Shown here one piece after another: positions 19,652-32,746 of a DNA stretch of 59,261 nt (the first letter of the stretch is position 1; the number at the start of each line of letters is the position of its first letter). The notes under the pieces are model-generated. The model was not told where the DNA came from, ran no database searches, and was given only the letters and a program-made list of their open reading frames with translations. The stretch comes from Gammaproteobacteria bacterium (lineage in GTDB: Bacteria; Pseudomonadota; Gammaproteobacteria; UBA4575). The DNA lies in the NCBI GenBank assembly GCA_013001685.1, contig JABDMD010000163.1, positions 1-59,261 on the forward strand, given 5' to 3'. The position numbers were made by a program, and so were the translations under genes.

Positions 19652-21994
19652 TTAGACATTCACTGGAGGTGGAGCAATCACCTCTCGTGTACCGTTGGAC
19701 TGAACTCCGCTGACTACGCCACTTGCTTCCATCTCTTCAATCATTCTAGCCGCACGGTTATATCCTACTTTAAGGCGCCGCTGTACATATGAAATAGACG
19801 CTTTACGAGTTTCCGTAACAATTGCTACTGCTTCATCATAGAGGGGATCCATATCATCTGAACTACTTAATGGTTCTAAACCAGGTATTGCATCGCCACT
19901 AGTTGAATCTTGAGTGACTTCTTCTAAATAAGCAGGCTCCCCTTTCTCTTTTAAGAACGCGACAACTTTATGCACTTCTTCATCCGATACAAACGCACCA
20001 TGTACACGTTCTGGTATAGAAGTTCCACCAGGCAGATACAACATATCACCATGACCAAGTAGTTGGTCCGCACCCATCTGGTCTAAGATAGTTCGTGAGT
20101 CCACTTTTGAAGACACTTGGAATGCAATTCTAGTTGGAATATTCGCTTTGATTAAGCCAGTAATCACATCCACGGATGGACGTTGTGTAGCTAAAATTAA
20201 ATGTATACCTGCAGCACGAGCTTTTTGTGCAATTCTTGCTATCAGCTCTTCAACTTTTTTACCCACCACCATCATCATGTCCGCAAGCTCGTCAATTACG
20301 ATTACAATATTAGGTAACTGTGTAAGTTCTTCTGGTTGTGCTGGCTCTAATCCTTCAACTTGGTCATTCTTAAACAACGGATCGAGAATAGGTTCACCGT
20401 CACCAATCGCTTTCTGAACTTTACTGTTGTAACCCGCCATATTACGTACACCTAATGCAGACATTAGGTGATAGCGGCGCTCCATTTCCGCCACACACCA
20501 GCGTAATGCATTGGATGCTTCTTTCATGTCAGTGACAACAGGTGAAAGCAGATGCGGAATACCTTCGTATACAGCAAGCTCTAACATTTTAGGATCAATC
20601 AAGATCATGCGTACTTGTTGAGGAGTAGCTTTGTATAAAATGCTTAATATCATTGCATTCAATGCAACAGATTTACCTGAACCTGTTGTACCTGCTACTA
20701 ATAAATGTGGCATCTTTGCTAGATCTGCAATAACTGGTTTGCCACTAATATCTTTACCTAAAGCAAGTATTAAAGGCGAAGCTTCATCATCATAAATTTC
20801 AGATTCGATAACATCATTTAGCACCACTAATTCACGATGCTCGTTAGGGATTTCAAGTCCAACATATGATTTTCCAGGAATAACTTCTACAACACGAACA
20901 CTAATCACTGAAAGTGCACGCGCAAGATCTTTAGCTAGGTTTGTCACCTTGCTGACTTTAATTCCTGGTGCAAGCTGTATCGCAAATCGGGTCACTACAG
21001 GACCTGGGTGTACTTCAACCACTTCAGCATCGATATTAAAATCGAGCAACTTAAGCTCAACTTGACGCGAAATAGCCTCTAAAGCTTCATTTGAGTATCC
21101 CTTAGAAGTATCTATAACCTTATCTAAGATAGAAACAGGTGGAAGATCCGTTGAAGCTGCTGCGTTGAAAAGTGGAATTTGACGCTCACGTTCTTTCCTA
21201 TCACTAGGTTCAATATCTTTTATAATAGGCTCGATTCTTGGCTTAGCATGTTTTTGAATTTTAACTTTAGTTTCTTTAACAATTTCATGGCGTTCAACTT
21301 TAGCTTTCATGCTGGCACGTTCTTCGCGCAACTCCCCAATGTAACGCCAAGCCCATGAACTAATTTTAAGCGTGTTTTTACCAGTAACATCGAGCAACCA
21401 TAGCCAAGAAAAACCAGAAAAAATCGTAATACCTGCAAAAAACAATGCAAGTAGTAACAATGTGGCACCAACAAAGCTAAATACTGAGACAAAGCCATTT
21501 CCGGTTAAATCACCTAAGACTCCACCTGCAAAACTTGGCATAAATCCAGATTGAAAATGCAAAGTGGCCAAGCCGCAGCCCGCCCCCAAAGTTAAAAGAA
21601 AACCAGCCCAACGAACACCTAGAGTTCGATAATCAATTTGTCCATTTTCTAGCTTGCCCTCATAAATTAGCCAACCGCTATAAGCCACCATCAGAGGCGC
21701 CAAGTAAGCAAGATAACCAAACATGAAGAAAAATAAGTCCGCAAAATAGGCTCCGACTGTGCCTCCGAGATTACCAACTAAGTCGTTGGTGCCAGTATGC
21801 GTCCAGCCAGGATCACCATGGTCATAACTTAGTAAGGCGACCATTAAATAGGCACCAAGAGCAACTAATACTACTAAAGCGCTCTCACGGAGGCCTTTGA
21901 GCAAAGTCAGATTATGAGGTGCTTTTGCGTTGCCTCTATTTGATCCTTTAGTCCTTCCCCGGGTCGCCGACTTCTTAACCGTTGCTTGTCTCAA
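19652..21994 (-). CDS. ftsK: DNA translocase FtsK
   Basis: 4TM N-domain, [29 protein letters not shown], gamma domain [16 protein letters not shown]. Confidence 0.98.
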   Translation of the reverse strand: MRQATVKKSATRGRTKGSNRGNAKAPHNLTLLKGLRESALVVLVALGAYLMVALLSYDHGDPGWTHTGTNDLVGNLGGTVGAYFADLFFFMFGYLAYLAPLMVAYSGWLIYEGKLENGQIDYRTLGVRWAGFLLTLGAGCGLATLHFQSGFMPSFAGGVLGDLTGNGFVSVFSFVGATLLLLALFFAGITIFSGFSWLWLLDVTGKNTLKISSWAWRYIGELREERASMKAKVERHEIVKETKVKIQKHAKPRIEPIIKDIEPSDRKERERQIPLFNAAASTDLPPVSILDKVIDTSKGYSNEALEAISRQVELKLLDFNIDAEVVEVHPGPVVTRFAIQLAPGIKVSKVTNLAKDLARALSVISVRVVEVIPGKSYVGLEIPNEHRELVVLNDVIESEIYDDEASPLILALGKDISGKPVIADLAKMPHLLVAGTTGSGKSVALNAMILSILYKATPQQVRMILIDPKMLELAVYEGIPHLLSPVVTDMKEASNALRWCVAEMERRYHLMSALGVRNMAGYNSKVQKAIGDGEPILDPLFKNDQVEGLEPAQPEELTQLPNIVIVIDELADMMMVVGKKVEELIARIAQKARAAGIHLILATQRPSVDVITGLIKANIPTRIAFQVSSKVDSRTILDQMGADQLLGHGDMLYLPGGTSIPERVHGAFVSDEEVHKVVAFLKEKGEPAYLEEVTQDSTSGDAIPGLEPLSSSDDMDPLYDEAVAIVTETRKASISYVQRRLKVGYNRAARMIEEMEASGVVSGVQSNGTREVIAPPPVNV

Positions 21995-22397
21995 TATCTC
22001 TATCCCATTGCTTGGCCATGCTCATGGCCTAAATTAAAGTAATTCTTAACTATATTAGCTAACCTATTGAATATTATATAAACAATAAATGCAAGTTTGC
22101 GCAAATTTTTAAATATGCATCATTTCATCTGGGGCCAAACTTTGGTAGGTATTATTATAATTGTGCCTGATAAACCAAAAGTTTAACAAAACACCTTAAT
22201 GTGTAGTGTTATTATAACATCATAGCTGTATCCAACATATCCTTCTGACATAAATCCTACTACTTGAATATTGCAGGCACTGATCCCATTTATTTATGCT
22301 TATGGCGGTAATTTACTTATTATCATCCCTTGCTATATGCCGCTCAATTAAGCGGTCTAATCATGTCTAGTCTGTATGACTTAAAATCACTTGTTGA

Positions 22398-23390
<993 letters not shown>

Positions 23391-23405
23391 ATCCTACTTA
23401 AAGTT

Positions 23406-24587
23406 TTGTTGACATCCGAGAACCCTAAATCGGTTCCAACTGATATAAATTTTAGTTTTATCAGTTCGCTAAAATATGTACAGCGGGCAGATTGGAACGC
23501 TTTGCTCGAGGATGATAATCCATTCTTATGTTATGAGTTTCTATCTGCATTAGAGCAAAACGATTGTTTGGGTGAGAAATATGGTTGGTATCCACATCAT
23601 TTAATTGTTCGTGACGTTGCTGGAGCGCTTATTGCCGCAACTCCACTATATATTAAAACTAATTCTTATGGGGAGTTTGTGTTTGATTGGTCATGGGCAT
23701 CGGCTTATGAACAGGCTGGACTAAACTATTACCCAAAACTAATCTCCTCTATTCCATACACTCCCGCTACAGGAAAACGTCTATTGCTTTCACCAAAGTT
23801 ATCATCAGAACAACAAGTTGATGTGGCATCGAAAATGATTCAAGCAACCTTAAGTGAATCCGAAAAGCTTAATATGTCAGGCACACATTGGTTATTTAAT
23901 GAAGCAGATGAATGCAATTACTTTAGAGAACAAGGTCAAATGTTTCGCTTGGGATGCCAATATCATTGGCATAATCATAACTACGAATCATTTGATCAGT
24001 TTTTAGATAAATTTATCTCTAGAAAAAGAAAAAAAGTAAAACAAGAAAGAAGATACGTAAAAGAACAAAATATTGAAATTAAGCGCGTGCATGGCAATGA
24101 ATTAAATGAAGAACAATGGCAGCAGATTCATAGATTTTATGAAAGCACTTTTTACCGTAAAAGTGGTATTCCAACATTGAGCTTAGATTTCTTTAAAGAA
24201 GTTGGTAGTACGATGGGTGAGCAAATTGTGCTTGTACTCTCTTATAGTGACGAGCAACTCGTGGCGTGTGCAATCAATTTTCGCAGTTCACATACACTAT
24301 ATGGAAGATTTTGGGGTTGTACTCACGCATTTCATAGCTTGCATTTTGAAGCATGTTATTACCAAGGTATAGAATATGCCATTTTCAACAAACTTAAAGT
24401 ATTTGAACCTGGTGCACAAGGCGAACATAAAATCAGCCGCGGTTTTTTACCTACTAAAACCTGGTCTGCTCATAGTATTCACGATTCACGCTTTGAGCCT
24501 TCTATAAGAGATTTCTGTAAGCGAGAACAAGAGTATATGCAACAAGACTATGATGAACTTATGATGCTCTCTCCTTATCGTTCTTAA
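23406..24587 (+). CDS. FemAB-like GNAT family protein (DUF482)
   Basis: SYGEFVFDWSWA, YYPKL, LYGRFWG, LHFEACYYQGIE, FEPGAQGEHK. Confidence 0.9.
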   Translation: MLTSENPKSVPTDINFSFISSLKYVQRADWNALLEDDNPFLCYEFLSALEQNDCLGEKYGWYPHHLIVRDVAGALIAATPLYIKTNSYGEFVFDWSWASAYEQAGLNYYPKLISSIPYTPATGKRLLLSPKLSSEQQVDVASKMIQATLSESEKLNMSGTHWLFNEADECNYFREQGQMFRLGCQYHWHNHNYESFDQFLDKFISRKRKKVKQERRYVKEQNIEIKRVHGNELNEEQWQQIHRFYESTFYRKSGIPTLSLDFFKEVGSTMGEQIVLVLSYSDEQLVACAINFRSSHTLYGRFWGCTHAFHSLHFEACYYQGIEYAIFNKLKVFEPGAQGEHKISRGFLPTKTWSAHSIHDSRFEPSIRDFCKREQEYMQQDYDELMMLSPYRS

Positions 24588-24639
24588 CTTTTAAATATAA
24601 AACATAGAATCATATAAGTTTTTGAATAGAGTAAGTTAA

Positions 24640-25368
24640 GTGGATATTACCTGGTTAGACCCTAGCAATACCGAAGCACCCTTCCCTGATATAAATCAAG
24701 CTTTAATCGATCCTGAAGGTTTACTTGCTGCAGGCGGCGATCTAAGTGTAACCAGATTATTAAGCGCTTACCGAAATGGCATATTCCCCTGGTATGAATA
24801 TGGACAGCCCATTCTATGGTGGTCTCCAAACCCAAGAGGAGTTTTATTTACTGAGAAATTCAAAATTTCTACCAGTCTCAGGAAAACACTACGCAAGCAT
24901 AATTGGACTGTTACTTTTGATGGTGACTTTAGAAAAACTGTCATGGCATGCGCTGCGCCAAGAAGTTATGCTCGAGGCACCTGGATTACTAATGAAATGC
25001 TAGAAGCATACTTTAATTTGCATCAAATAGGCCATGCACACTCTATAGAGCTTTGGGACCAACAAGAACGCTTGATTGGTGGCATCTACGGAGTACTAAT
25101 TGGAAAAATGTTTTATGGTGAATCGATGTTTAGCTTTCAGACTAGTGCATCAAAAGTGGCACTCGCTTATCTAGTCATGCACATGCGTCATTGGGGATTT
25201 CCATTGCTTGATTGCCAACTACCATCTAAACATTTAGCCAGTTTAGGAGCCGAATCCATCAGCAGAGAAGAATATATGAAGCACATGGCGCCACTTTGCA
25301 ATGATTCACTACTCGAATTTAAATGGAAACTAGATAAGAGCTTAGATATAGCGAATTGGAAAAAATAA
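24640..25368 (+). CDS. aat: leucyl/phenylalanyl-tRNA--protein transferase
   Basis: GLLAAGGDL, GIFPW, WWSPNPR, GESMFS, ASKVAL, LLDCQ. Confidence 0.97.
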   Translation: MDITWLDPSNTEAPFPDINQALIDPEGLLAAGGDLSVTRLLSAYRNGIFPWYEYGQPILWWSPNPRGVLFTEKFKISTSLRKTLRKHNWTVTFDGDFRKTVMACAAPRSYARGTWITNEMLEAYFNLHQIGHAHSIELWDQQERLIGGIYGVLIGKMFYGESMFSFQTSASKVALAYLVMHMRHWGFPLLDCQLPSKHLASLGAESISREEYMKHMAPLCNDSLLEFKWKLDKSLDIANWKK

Positions 25369-25374
25369 TAATAC

Positions 25375-26127
25375 TTACCATGGATCTACCGCAATGCCAT
25401 CAACTGGCAAGCCTGTAATCTTATCGATAACAAGCGCCATATCATTATTTTTACCCACCATTGGTAAAAATAAGTAGTCTTCTAGTTTTCCATTATATCG
25501 CTTTAGAAATCTATCTACTTTTATTTTACTATCTTTATTAACACCTACGAGTAATGACAGAGATTTACCTTTTTGTATTACCCTATCTGCGTTTGAAATA
25601 TATGGATGATAATATTCCGGCCTTCTTTCAAGATCAGGTTTACCTTCTGTTACTACCTCAAATAAAATCTTATTGCGCTCTTCTTTATCCTCAGGAAAGT
25701 CTGCAAATACTAATATAGGACCTTTATTAGGCTTAATTTTTAAATCAGGGTATTTAATTTTATTTGCATCGATCTCTACTTTACCAACCACTTCAACTCG
25801 ATCAACTGCAAAAACTAGATAATATGGTCGCTCCCCAAAAATGACTTGTACACCGTAGACTAATGCAGCGATTTGCACGAATGCCACCATGGAAATATCA
25901 AATACCAACCCTGGCTTGCCTTTTTTGAAAAGAACTAGTGTAAGTAATGGACCCATAACCAAATCGACCATTACTAGTACGCGAATTACTGACCAAGCTC
26001 CATTCGCTTGAAAATATGGGCGCGGATACCAAAAGAAGAATATTACCGCAAAAACAATCCCGATAATGGCTGAGCTAATAGCAAGATGTATTAGGAATGC
26101 TTTGATTTTATCTTTAGTAAAAAACAT
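25375..26127 (-). CDS. TfpX/TfpZ (FimB-like) type IV pilin accessory protein
   Basis: AFLIHLAIS, WYP, VDLVMGPLLT, QIAALVYG, RP..LVFAVDR, terminal DPW. Confidence 0.85.
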   Translation of the reverse strand: MFFTKDKIKAFLIHLAISSAIIGIVFAVIFFFWYPRPYFQANGAWSVIRVLVMVDLVMGPLLTLVLFKKGKPGLVFDISMVAFVQIAALVYGVQVIFGERPYYLVFAVDRVEVVGKVEIDANKIKYPDLKIKPNKGPILVFADFPEDKEERNKILFEVVTEGKPDLERRPEYYHPYISNADRVIQKGKSLSLLVGVNKDSKIKVDRFLKRYNGKLEDYLFLPMVGKNNDMALVIDKITGLPVDGIAVDPW

Positions 26128-26245
26128 TAATTAAGAAAATATTAAAGAATCAAGATTTATAATATTTTATTTATTACTTAATGTTTCACAATAACAATCA
26201 ACCTTAAATTTTTACCATTTATCGACTGGTTTTTTCTAATTTCGA

Positions 26246-27166
26246 TTATTCAATGCTTGAAACACTTAAACCTTTATCTTTGAGAAGTTTTTGTATACCG
26301 GTATCTCCCCAATAGTGTCCTGCTCCAACTGCGAAAAAGTATTTTCTATCAGGATTCTTTTTTAGTTTAGCGTGAATTCGATCCGCCATAATGATATTAC
26401 GGTCATGCAAAATCTTTTTCATGAAGCCTTTTGAAAACTCATCTTCTTTAACATATTTCACCATTAATGCACCAAAGGCATTGACATCGCCTTGCAAGTA
26501 ATACTCAATAAATTCTTCAGCTAGACTTTGATCTTGAGAGGCTGTTGTTTCCATAAATTCAATTGTATCTCGCAACATTTTTATTTCTTCGTCTTGTGAT
26601 AAATTATCAAAATACCCTAATTGTTCCTGTATAGTCTCAATCCCACCAGTCCCTTTACCCTCACTCCCTGCTCGCTGGTAAAGCTGTGCATCAAGTGGCA
26701 ATACACCAGGATTATTTAGTTGTTGTTCTAATATAGGCAAACTTGTAGCTAAAGCCCATACCTTAAACTTTAAAAAAGGGTCTATAGTGAGGATAGGATT
26801 GATGTCTTTTACTAGATTATTCGCTCTTTGCAATAATTCAGGCTCGATAATATCTACAAGAGTTTGATCGCCTTCCAACATTAAGTAATTAACTTGCGCT
26901 ATCAAATCACTAGTATCAAGAGGAATTTCCGTATAAACATATTCACTATCTTTAAAGGCTTGTTCAACACTTGAATGCAGTGCCGTTACACGCGCATCAG
27001 GTAGATGAATTGTACCAAATAGATAAGACGTAGTGCGGTCACCTTCAATTTTCCAGAGAAATGGCTTCTCAATTGCATCAGCAGCTAAATGACTACTAAA
27101 GATAAGAAAACAAACAAGCGCGTGAACATAAACTGATAAATATTTAGATATTGATTTATTATTCAC
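26246..27166 (-). CDS. TraB/GumN family protein
   Basis: FLWKI...SYLFGTIH, ET..EQ, RN..MA, FFAVGAGH; signal peptide. Confidence 0.9.
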   Translation of the reverse strand: MNNKSISKYLSVYVHALVCFLIFSSHLAADAIEKPFLWKIEGDRTTSYLFGTIHLPDARVTALHSSVEQAFKDSEYVYTEIPLDTSDLIAQVNYLMLEGDQTLVDIIEPELLQRANNLVKDINPILTIDPFLKFKVWALATSLPILEQQLNNPGVLPLDAQLYQRAGSEGKGTGGIETIQEQLGYFDNLSQDEEIKMLRDTIEFMETTASQDQSLAEEFIEYYLQGDVNAFGALMVKYVKEDEFSKGFMKKILHDRNIIMADRIHAKLKKNPDRKYFFAVGAGHYWGDTGIQKLLKDKGLSVSSIE

Positions 27167-27227
27167 TACATACTCACAACATTGAAATGAATCAAAAGAA
27201 TATTTAGAAAAATGATTACGAATATAA

Positions 27228-28364
27228 TTAAATATTATTTAGAATAGCGCGCTTTACTGAATCAAGTTCTGCATCAATAGTAAGCATTTCAGTAGCACTT
27301 TGCTTGATTGCAATATCAGGGTCTTTTAAACCATGTCCGGTTACTGTACATACTACTGTACTGCCATTTTGAATGTTGCCTACTTCCATATCATGCAACG
27401 CACCTGTAACAGAGGTAGCTGATGCTGGCTCACAGAAGACACCTTCTTTTGTTGCTAATAGCTTTTGCGTAGCCAGGATTTCTTCATCAGTAAATGAATT
27501 AAACCAGCCACCAGACTCTTTTACTGCAGCTTGCGCTAAATCCCAACTCTGTGGGTGACCTATACGAATTGCAGTTGCCACCGTATCAGGGTTATCAATC
27601 ATTGAACCTTTTATAAAAGGCGCCGCACCTGCGGCCTGGTAACCCAACATTTTAGGTCTATTGGAAATACTACTTTTACCGGTAAATTGACAATCACCAT
27701 TACAAAATCCACAAGCTTTAGTTACATGTTTGCCAGAACTCGCAGCAAGTTCTGCATAGCCTGTCCAATGTGCAGAAATATTTCCTGCATTGCCTACTGG
27801 TATACAGTGAAAATCAGGCGATTGCCCTAATGCTTCAGCAATTTCATAGGCAGCAGTTTTCTGTCCTTGTAAACGATATGGGTTTATTGAGTTCACTATA
27901 TTCACTGGTGCTTCATTGGCTACTTCTTTAACTAAACGCATACCATCATCAAAATTACCGCGGATTTGTATAATGCTTGCACCGTGCATCATCGCTTGAG
28001 CAAGTTTACCCATAGCAATTTTGCCATCAGGAATAAGCACAAATGCTTTGATGCCTGCACGTGCTGCATACGCAGCAGCAGATGCTGAAGTGTTACCTGT
28101 TGATGCACAAATTATCGCCTGGCTTCCTTCGGTTACGGCTTGCGTTACCGCAACGGTCATACCACGATCTTTAAAAGAACCCGTTGGATTCAAGCCTTCA
28201 AATTTTAGAAATAACTTAATATCTCTTTCATTAGCTTGTTTAATGTTATGACATTCAATTAATGGAGTATCCCCTTCACATAAACTAATCACTCTGCAAT
28301 CAGCAGCGAGAGGTAGTACATCGCGATAACGGTCAATAAGACCAGTGTAATGAGCTTTTTTCAT
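27228..28364 (-). CDS. thrC: threonine synthase
   Basis: [34 protein letters not shown]. Confidence 0.97.
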   Translation of the reverse strand: MKKAHYTGLIDRYRDVLPLAADCRVISLCEGDTPLIECHNIKQANERDIKLFLKFEGLNPTGSFKDRGMTVAVTQAVTEGSQAIICASTGNTSASAAAYAARAGIKAFVLIPDGKIAMGKLAQAMMHGASIIQIRGNFDDGMRLVKEVANEAPVNIVNSINPYRLQGQKTAAYEIAEALGQSPDFHCIPVGNAGNISAHWTGYAELAASSGKHVTKACGFCNGDCQFTGKSSISNRPKMLGYQAAGAAPFIKGSMIDNPDTVATAIRIGHPQSWDLAQAAVKESGGWFNSFTDEEILATQKLLATKEGVFCEPASATSVTGALHDMEVGNIQNGSTVVCTVTGHGLKDPDIAIKQSATEMLTIDAELDSVKRAILNNI

Positions 28365-28386
28365 GCTAAATAATTTATTAGGTATA

Positions 28387-29706
28387 TTACGAAAGCGTTT
28401 CTAATCGAATACGCATAATTTTGTTAGTAACCGCCTCTAACTTTTCTATTTCAGAAATTGCTTTATTCATATTTAGCTCATTTACTTCATGAGTAAGAAT
28501 AATGATAGGCACATTAGAAATATTAGCTCGTGGTTCTTTTTGAATGATAGCTTCGATACTAATTGCGTGGTCAGCAAATATTTGTGTGACATCTGCAAGC
28601 ACACCCGGGCGATCCTGCACATGAATACGCAAATAGTATGCAGTAGATACATCATCCATAGATAAAATTGGAATATCGGATAGCGCACCAGGTTGAAATG
28701 CTAAATGTGGTACTCGATTTTCAGGATCGGAAGTTAAAGCTCGTACGACATCCACTAAATCTGCAACCACAGCTGAGCCTGTAGGTTCTGCGCCGGCTCC
28801 AGCCCCATAATATAAGCTCGGACCTAGTGCATCCGCTTTTACAACGATGGCATTCATAACACCATCAACATTAGCTAGTAATCTTCTACGTGGAATTAAC
28901 GTCGGATGAACGCGTAGCTCTAAGCCTTTCGTAGTTCGCTTTGCAATACCCAAATGTTTTATGCGGTAACCCAACTCTGCAGCATAGGCGACATCTTCAC
29001 GAGTGATCTGAGTAATGCCTTCGGTATAGACATTTTCAAACTGCAACGGCACACCAAATGCAATCGAAGCTAAAATCGTTAACTTATGTGCGGCATCTAT
29101 ACCTTCTACATCAAAAGTAGGATCTGCTTCAGCATAACCCAGCTGTTGTGCTTCTTTTAAAACGTCATCAAAATCTCGACCTTTATCGCGCATTTCCGTG
29201 AGAATGAAATTACCGGTGCCATTGATAATCCCTGCCAGCCATTGAATAGAATTACCGGCCAAACCTTCACGAATCGCTTTAATGATTGGAATGCCACCTG
29301 CCACCGCAGCTTCAAAAGCAACCGTAACGCCTTTTTCTTGCGCTCTCTGAAATATTTCATTGCCATGCAAAGCAATTAAAGCTTTATTTGCCGTAATGAC
29401 ATGTTTACCGTGCTCAATTGCTTTGAGCACTAGATCTTTTGCTTCATCCGTACCACCAATCAACTCAATAACAATTTCAACATTGGGATCTGTAACAACT
29501 TTATTAGAATCTTCTGTAAGCGTTATTGAAGAAGTATCACAAGCCCGTGATTTTTTGGTGTCACGCATACTAGCGATAGTAATCTGTATTCCTCTTCCAG
29601 CACGTCGTGCAATTTCATCCGCATTACGCATTAATATATTTGCAGTACCACTACCCACGGTACCGAGTCCTAATACACCAACTTTTACAGGTTCTAATAC
29701 AGACAT
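28387..29706 (-). CDS. hom: homoserine dehydrogenase with ACT domain
   Basis: [29 protein letters not shown]. Confidence 0.97.
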   Translation of the reverse strand: MSVLEPVKVGVLGLGTVGSGTANILMRNADEIARRAGRGIQITIASMRDTKKSRACDTSSITLTEDSNKVVTDPNVEIVIELIGGTDEAKDLVLKAIEHGKHVITANKALIALHGNEIFQRAQEKGVTVAFEAAVAGGIPIIKAIREGLAGNSIQWLAGIINGTGNFILTEMRDKGRDFDDVLKEAQQLGYAEADPTFDVEGIDAAHKLTILASIAFGVPLQFENVYTEGITQITREDVAYAAELGYRIKHLGIAKRTTKGLELRVHPTLIPRRRLLANVDGVMNAIVVKADALGPSLYYGAGAGAEPTGSAVVADLVDVVRALTSDPENRVPHLAFQPGALSDIPILSMDDVSTAYYLRIHVQDRPGVLADVTQIFADHAISIEAIIQKEPRANISNVPIIILTHEVNELNMNKAISEIEKLEAVTNKIMRIRLETLS

Positions 29707-29722
29707 AGGCTTAAATATGTAT

Positions 29723-30919
29723 TCAATTTATAGTTTTGGATTCTTTCAACATTTTTTTAATATTTCTAACTGCTTGGCGTGTACGATGTTCATTTTCAAT
29801 TAAACTAAATCGCACATGGGTATCTCCATATTTACCAAACCCTACTCCTGGAGACACCGCAACTTTTGCTTCTTCTAGTAGTCTTTTAGAAAACTCGAGA
29901 GATCCAAGATGCATATACTGCTCAGGTATCTTTGCCCAAACAAACATCGTCGCTTTTGGCTTTTCTACTTGCCAACCAGCATTACACAAACCTTCGCAAA
30001 GCACATCACGTCTTCTTTTGTAGGTTGCACGCACTTCATCAATTACTTCTTGCGGCCCATTTAGTGCTTCAATCGCCGCTATTTGTATAGGGGTAAACAT
30101 TCCATAATCCAAGTATGATTTTATGCGTGATAGTGCCTCGACTAAAGTTGGATTACCACACATAAACCCAACTCGCCAACCTGGCATATTGTAAGTTTTC
30201 GACAAAGAGTAAAACTCAACTGCAATATCTTTGGCGCCGTCCACCTGGAGTATGGATGGCGCCACATAACCATCAAAAGTAATTTCACCATAGGCAATAT
30301 CATGCACTAGCCACATTTGATGCTGTTTGGCGATCGCTACTAATCGCTCTAAAAATGCTAAATCGACACATTGTGTGGTGGGATTACCTGGAAAATTCAC
30401 AATCAACATCTTTGGTTTTGGCCAAGAATCTTCAATGGCTTTTTCAAGCTCTGAAAAAAAATCAGAATCTTCTGTAAGTGGCACATAAATAATGTCTGCA
30501 CCCGCAATTACACAACCATAGGGATGAATCGGATAAGCAGGATTTGGTACCAAAACCGCGTCACCTGGACCTAATGTAGCTAAGGTTAAATGGGCTAAGC
30601 CCTCTTTAGAACCAATAGTTACAATGGCTTCTTTTTCTGGATCTATTTCGACATTAAACTTGCGTAAATACCAATCTGCGATCGCTTTACGTAAACGAGG
30701 AATACCTCGAGACAATGAATATCGATGGGTATTTTCACGTTGCGCGGCTTCTATTAACTTATCGGTTATATGTTTAGGGGCCGGCTTATCAGGATTGCCC
30801 ATGCCAAAATCGACAATATCCTCACCACGCGCACGCGCATTGGCTTTAAGTTCATTTACAATATTGAAAACATACGGGGGAAGCCGTGATATTCTGGGAA
30901 AATCTTCCATTCGATCCAT
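29723..30919 (-). CDS. alaC: alanine transaminase AlaC (class I/II aminotransferase)
   Basis: [40 protein letters not shown]; typical position upstream of hom. Confidence 0.9.
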   Translation of the reverse strand: MDRMEDFPRISRLPPYVFNIVNELKANARARGEDIVDFGMGNPDKPAPKHITDKLIEAAQRENTHRYSLSRGIPRLRKAIADWYLRKFNVEIDPEKEAIVTIGSKEGLAHLTLATLGPGDAVLVPNPAYPIHPYGCVIAGADIIYVPLTEDSDFFSELEKAIEDSWPKPKMLIVNFPGNPTTQCVDLAFLERLVAIAKQHQMWLVHDIAYGEITFDGYVAPSILQVDGAKDIAVEFYSLSKTYNMPGWRVGFMCGNPTLVEALSRIKSYLDYGMFTPIQIAAIEALNGPQEVIDEVRATYKRRRDVLCEGLCNAGWQVEKPKATMFVWAKIPEQYMHLGSLEFSKRLLEEAKVAVSPGVGFGKYGDTHVRFSLIENEHRTRQAVRNIKKMLKESKTIN

Positions 30920-31011
30920 CTATCCTAATAAGCGCTGAGTATAATACGCGATAAGCCAACATCTGCCCAACTCATTCTATTCATTAATCAAATTCAAATT
31001 CACCTACTCAG

Positions 31012-31389
31012 ATGGATATTACTCAAGATTTTGCTGACGCAAATTTCGTTATCACAGGCTACGAATCTGGTAGCGTATTCATCAATAATCAAGCTCATCA
31101 GCAAAGCTTGATCATCAGCTCAGACTCATTAATTTATCCATGGGAAGTTAACGATGTATTTCAATTAAACGAAACAAGCTTAGCTTCTATTTTAGAAGCT
31201 CAACCTGAGATTTTAATTATTGGTACTGGCGAAACCCTAATACTTCCTGAGCCAAAAATAATTGCGTTATTTGCACAACATCAAATTGGCCTAGAAACCA
31301 TGAACACAGGTGCTGCATGCAGAACTTATGGGATTTTAGTGGCCGAAGGAAGAAAAGCCACAGCAGGAATTATTTTCCCTAAAATCTAA
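31012..31389 (+). CDS. Mth938-like domain protein
   Basis: PEILIIGTG, IGLETMNTGAACRTY.ILVAEGR. Confidence 0.92.
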   Translation: MDITQDFADANFVITGYESGSVFINNQAHQQSLIISSDSLIYPWEVNDVFQLNETSLASILEAQPEILIIGTGETLILPEPKIIALFAQHQIGLETMNTGAACRTYGILVAEGRKATAGIIFPKI

Positions 31390-32135
31390 TTAATTTTTGG
31401 CAAATACTTAATTGGATCTACGGGTTTACCTTTATATCGTATTTCAAAGTGCAGTTTAGCCTCTGAAGTCCCCGTGTTACCTAATTCAGCAATTTTTTCT
31501 CCGCGCTTAACTTCACCGCCTTCTTTTACAAATAACTTTTTATTATGCGCATAAGCACTTATAAATTGTTCACTATGTTTAATAATTATTAAATTTCCAT
31601 AACTTGCCAAACCATTTCCACTATAAACAACCTTACCCGAAGAAGCCGCTAATACCGGTTGACCAATTTTACCTCCAATGTCGATTCCTTTATTGCCACC
31701 TGATCTTGGTGAATAGGTTCGAATCACCACTCCTTTTGTTGGCCAGTTCCAGTCATGTTTGATAGGTATACTTGCCGGTTTACTAACAGTACTTTTAGCT
31801 GAAGGTTTTTGTTTAGTTAAAACTTTTTTCGTAGAACTAGTTTTCTTCTTTGCCTGATAAGTTTTAGAAGTGACTTGCGAAGGGCTTAATTTAAGTCGCT
31901 GCCCAGCATAAATTGTATAAGGCGAACGAATTCTATTCCAACGTGCGATTTTTTTATAATCCAAGCCATGCCGAAATGCGATTGAGTATAATGTCTCGCC
32001 CTTTAAAACAGTATGATAGCCGTGATCATAATCGTAATAGACCTCACTATTACGATTCGATACACAAGAGAATAAAAAAAATATTAAAAATAATAAAAGA
32101 GAAACAGATATTATTTTTCGTATTTTTGTGGACAT
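31386..32135 (-). CDS. nlpD: LysM + M23 lipoprotein NlpD
   Basis: Lipobox FSC, LysM GETLYSIA, M23 YAHN and LHFEIR; follows pcm-yqaA. Confidence 0.9.
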   Translation of the reverse strand: MSTKIRKIISVSLLLFLIFFLFSCVSNRNSEVYYDYDHGYHTVLKGETLYSIAFRHGLDYKKIARWNRIRSPYTIYAGQRLKLSPSQVTSKTYQAKKKTSSTKKVLTKQKPSAKSTVSKPASIPIKHDWNWPTKGVVIRTYSPRSGGNKGIDIGGKIGQPVLAASSGKVVYSGNGLASYGNLIIIKHSEQFISAYAHNKKLFVKEGGEVKRGEKIAELGNTGTSEAKLHFEIRYKGKPVDPIKYLPKIN

Positions 32136-32719
32136 TAATGTAAAAATTTAAAATAAATTACTGCGGCAATAAGTAATAAGACCGTAATCCAGCCAATCCA
32201 TTCCACATATTTCTTCACCAAAGGCTCAAACTTAGGCCCTGCATACTTAAGAATACCTGCGACAAGGAAAAACCGTGATCCCCTACCTATAAAAGACGCT
32301 ACAATGAAAGGAATAAGTGCTAATGACAGCAAACCCGCAGTGACTGTGAATAACTTGTAAGGAATGGGAGAGAAACCTGCTACAAATACTACCCATATTC
32401 CCCACTCAGCAAACCAAGATTTAGCAGTTTCAAATTTAGGCAAATATGCCGAAGTTTGTAACCAAGGGTCAATATATTCAAAGGCAAAGGCACCAATGAA
32501 ATACCCAAGAATTCCACCTAATACGGAGGTAATCGTAGTTAAAAACGCAAACCACCAGGCCCTGTTTGGCCGTGCAACCGACATCGGCGCCAACATCACA
32601 TCTGGAGGAACTGGGAAAAAAGAAGATTCTGCAAAGCTTAATGCACCTAAATAATAAGTTGCATGTGGGTGTTTTGACCATCCCATAACTTTTTCATAAA
32701 GCCCGGCAAACAACTTCAC
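32135..32719 (-). CDS. yqaA: YqaA/DedA family membrane protein
   Basis: SFAESSFFPVPPD, GFSPIPYK, GRGSRFF. Confidence 0.88.
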   Translation of the reverse strand: MKLFAGLYEKVMGWSKHPHATYYLGALSFAESSFFPVPPDVMLAPMSVARPNRAWWFAFLTTITSVLGGILGYFIGAFAFEYIDPWLQTSAYLPKFETAKSWFAEWGIWVVFVAGFSPIPYKLFTVTAGLLSLALIPFIVASFIGRGSRFFLVAGILKYAGPKFEPLVKKYVEWIGWITVLLLIAAVIYFKFLH

Positions 32720-32746
32720 TTCAGCAAGCCTTTAAGACAATATAAT

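Noticed and set aside
31012-32135. Absence of rpoS after nlpD
   Set aside because: surE-pcm-yqaA-nlpD without rpoS is seen in other gammaproteobacteria, and rpoS could lie elsewhere in the genome
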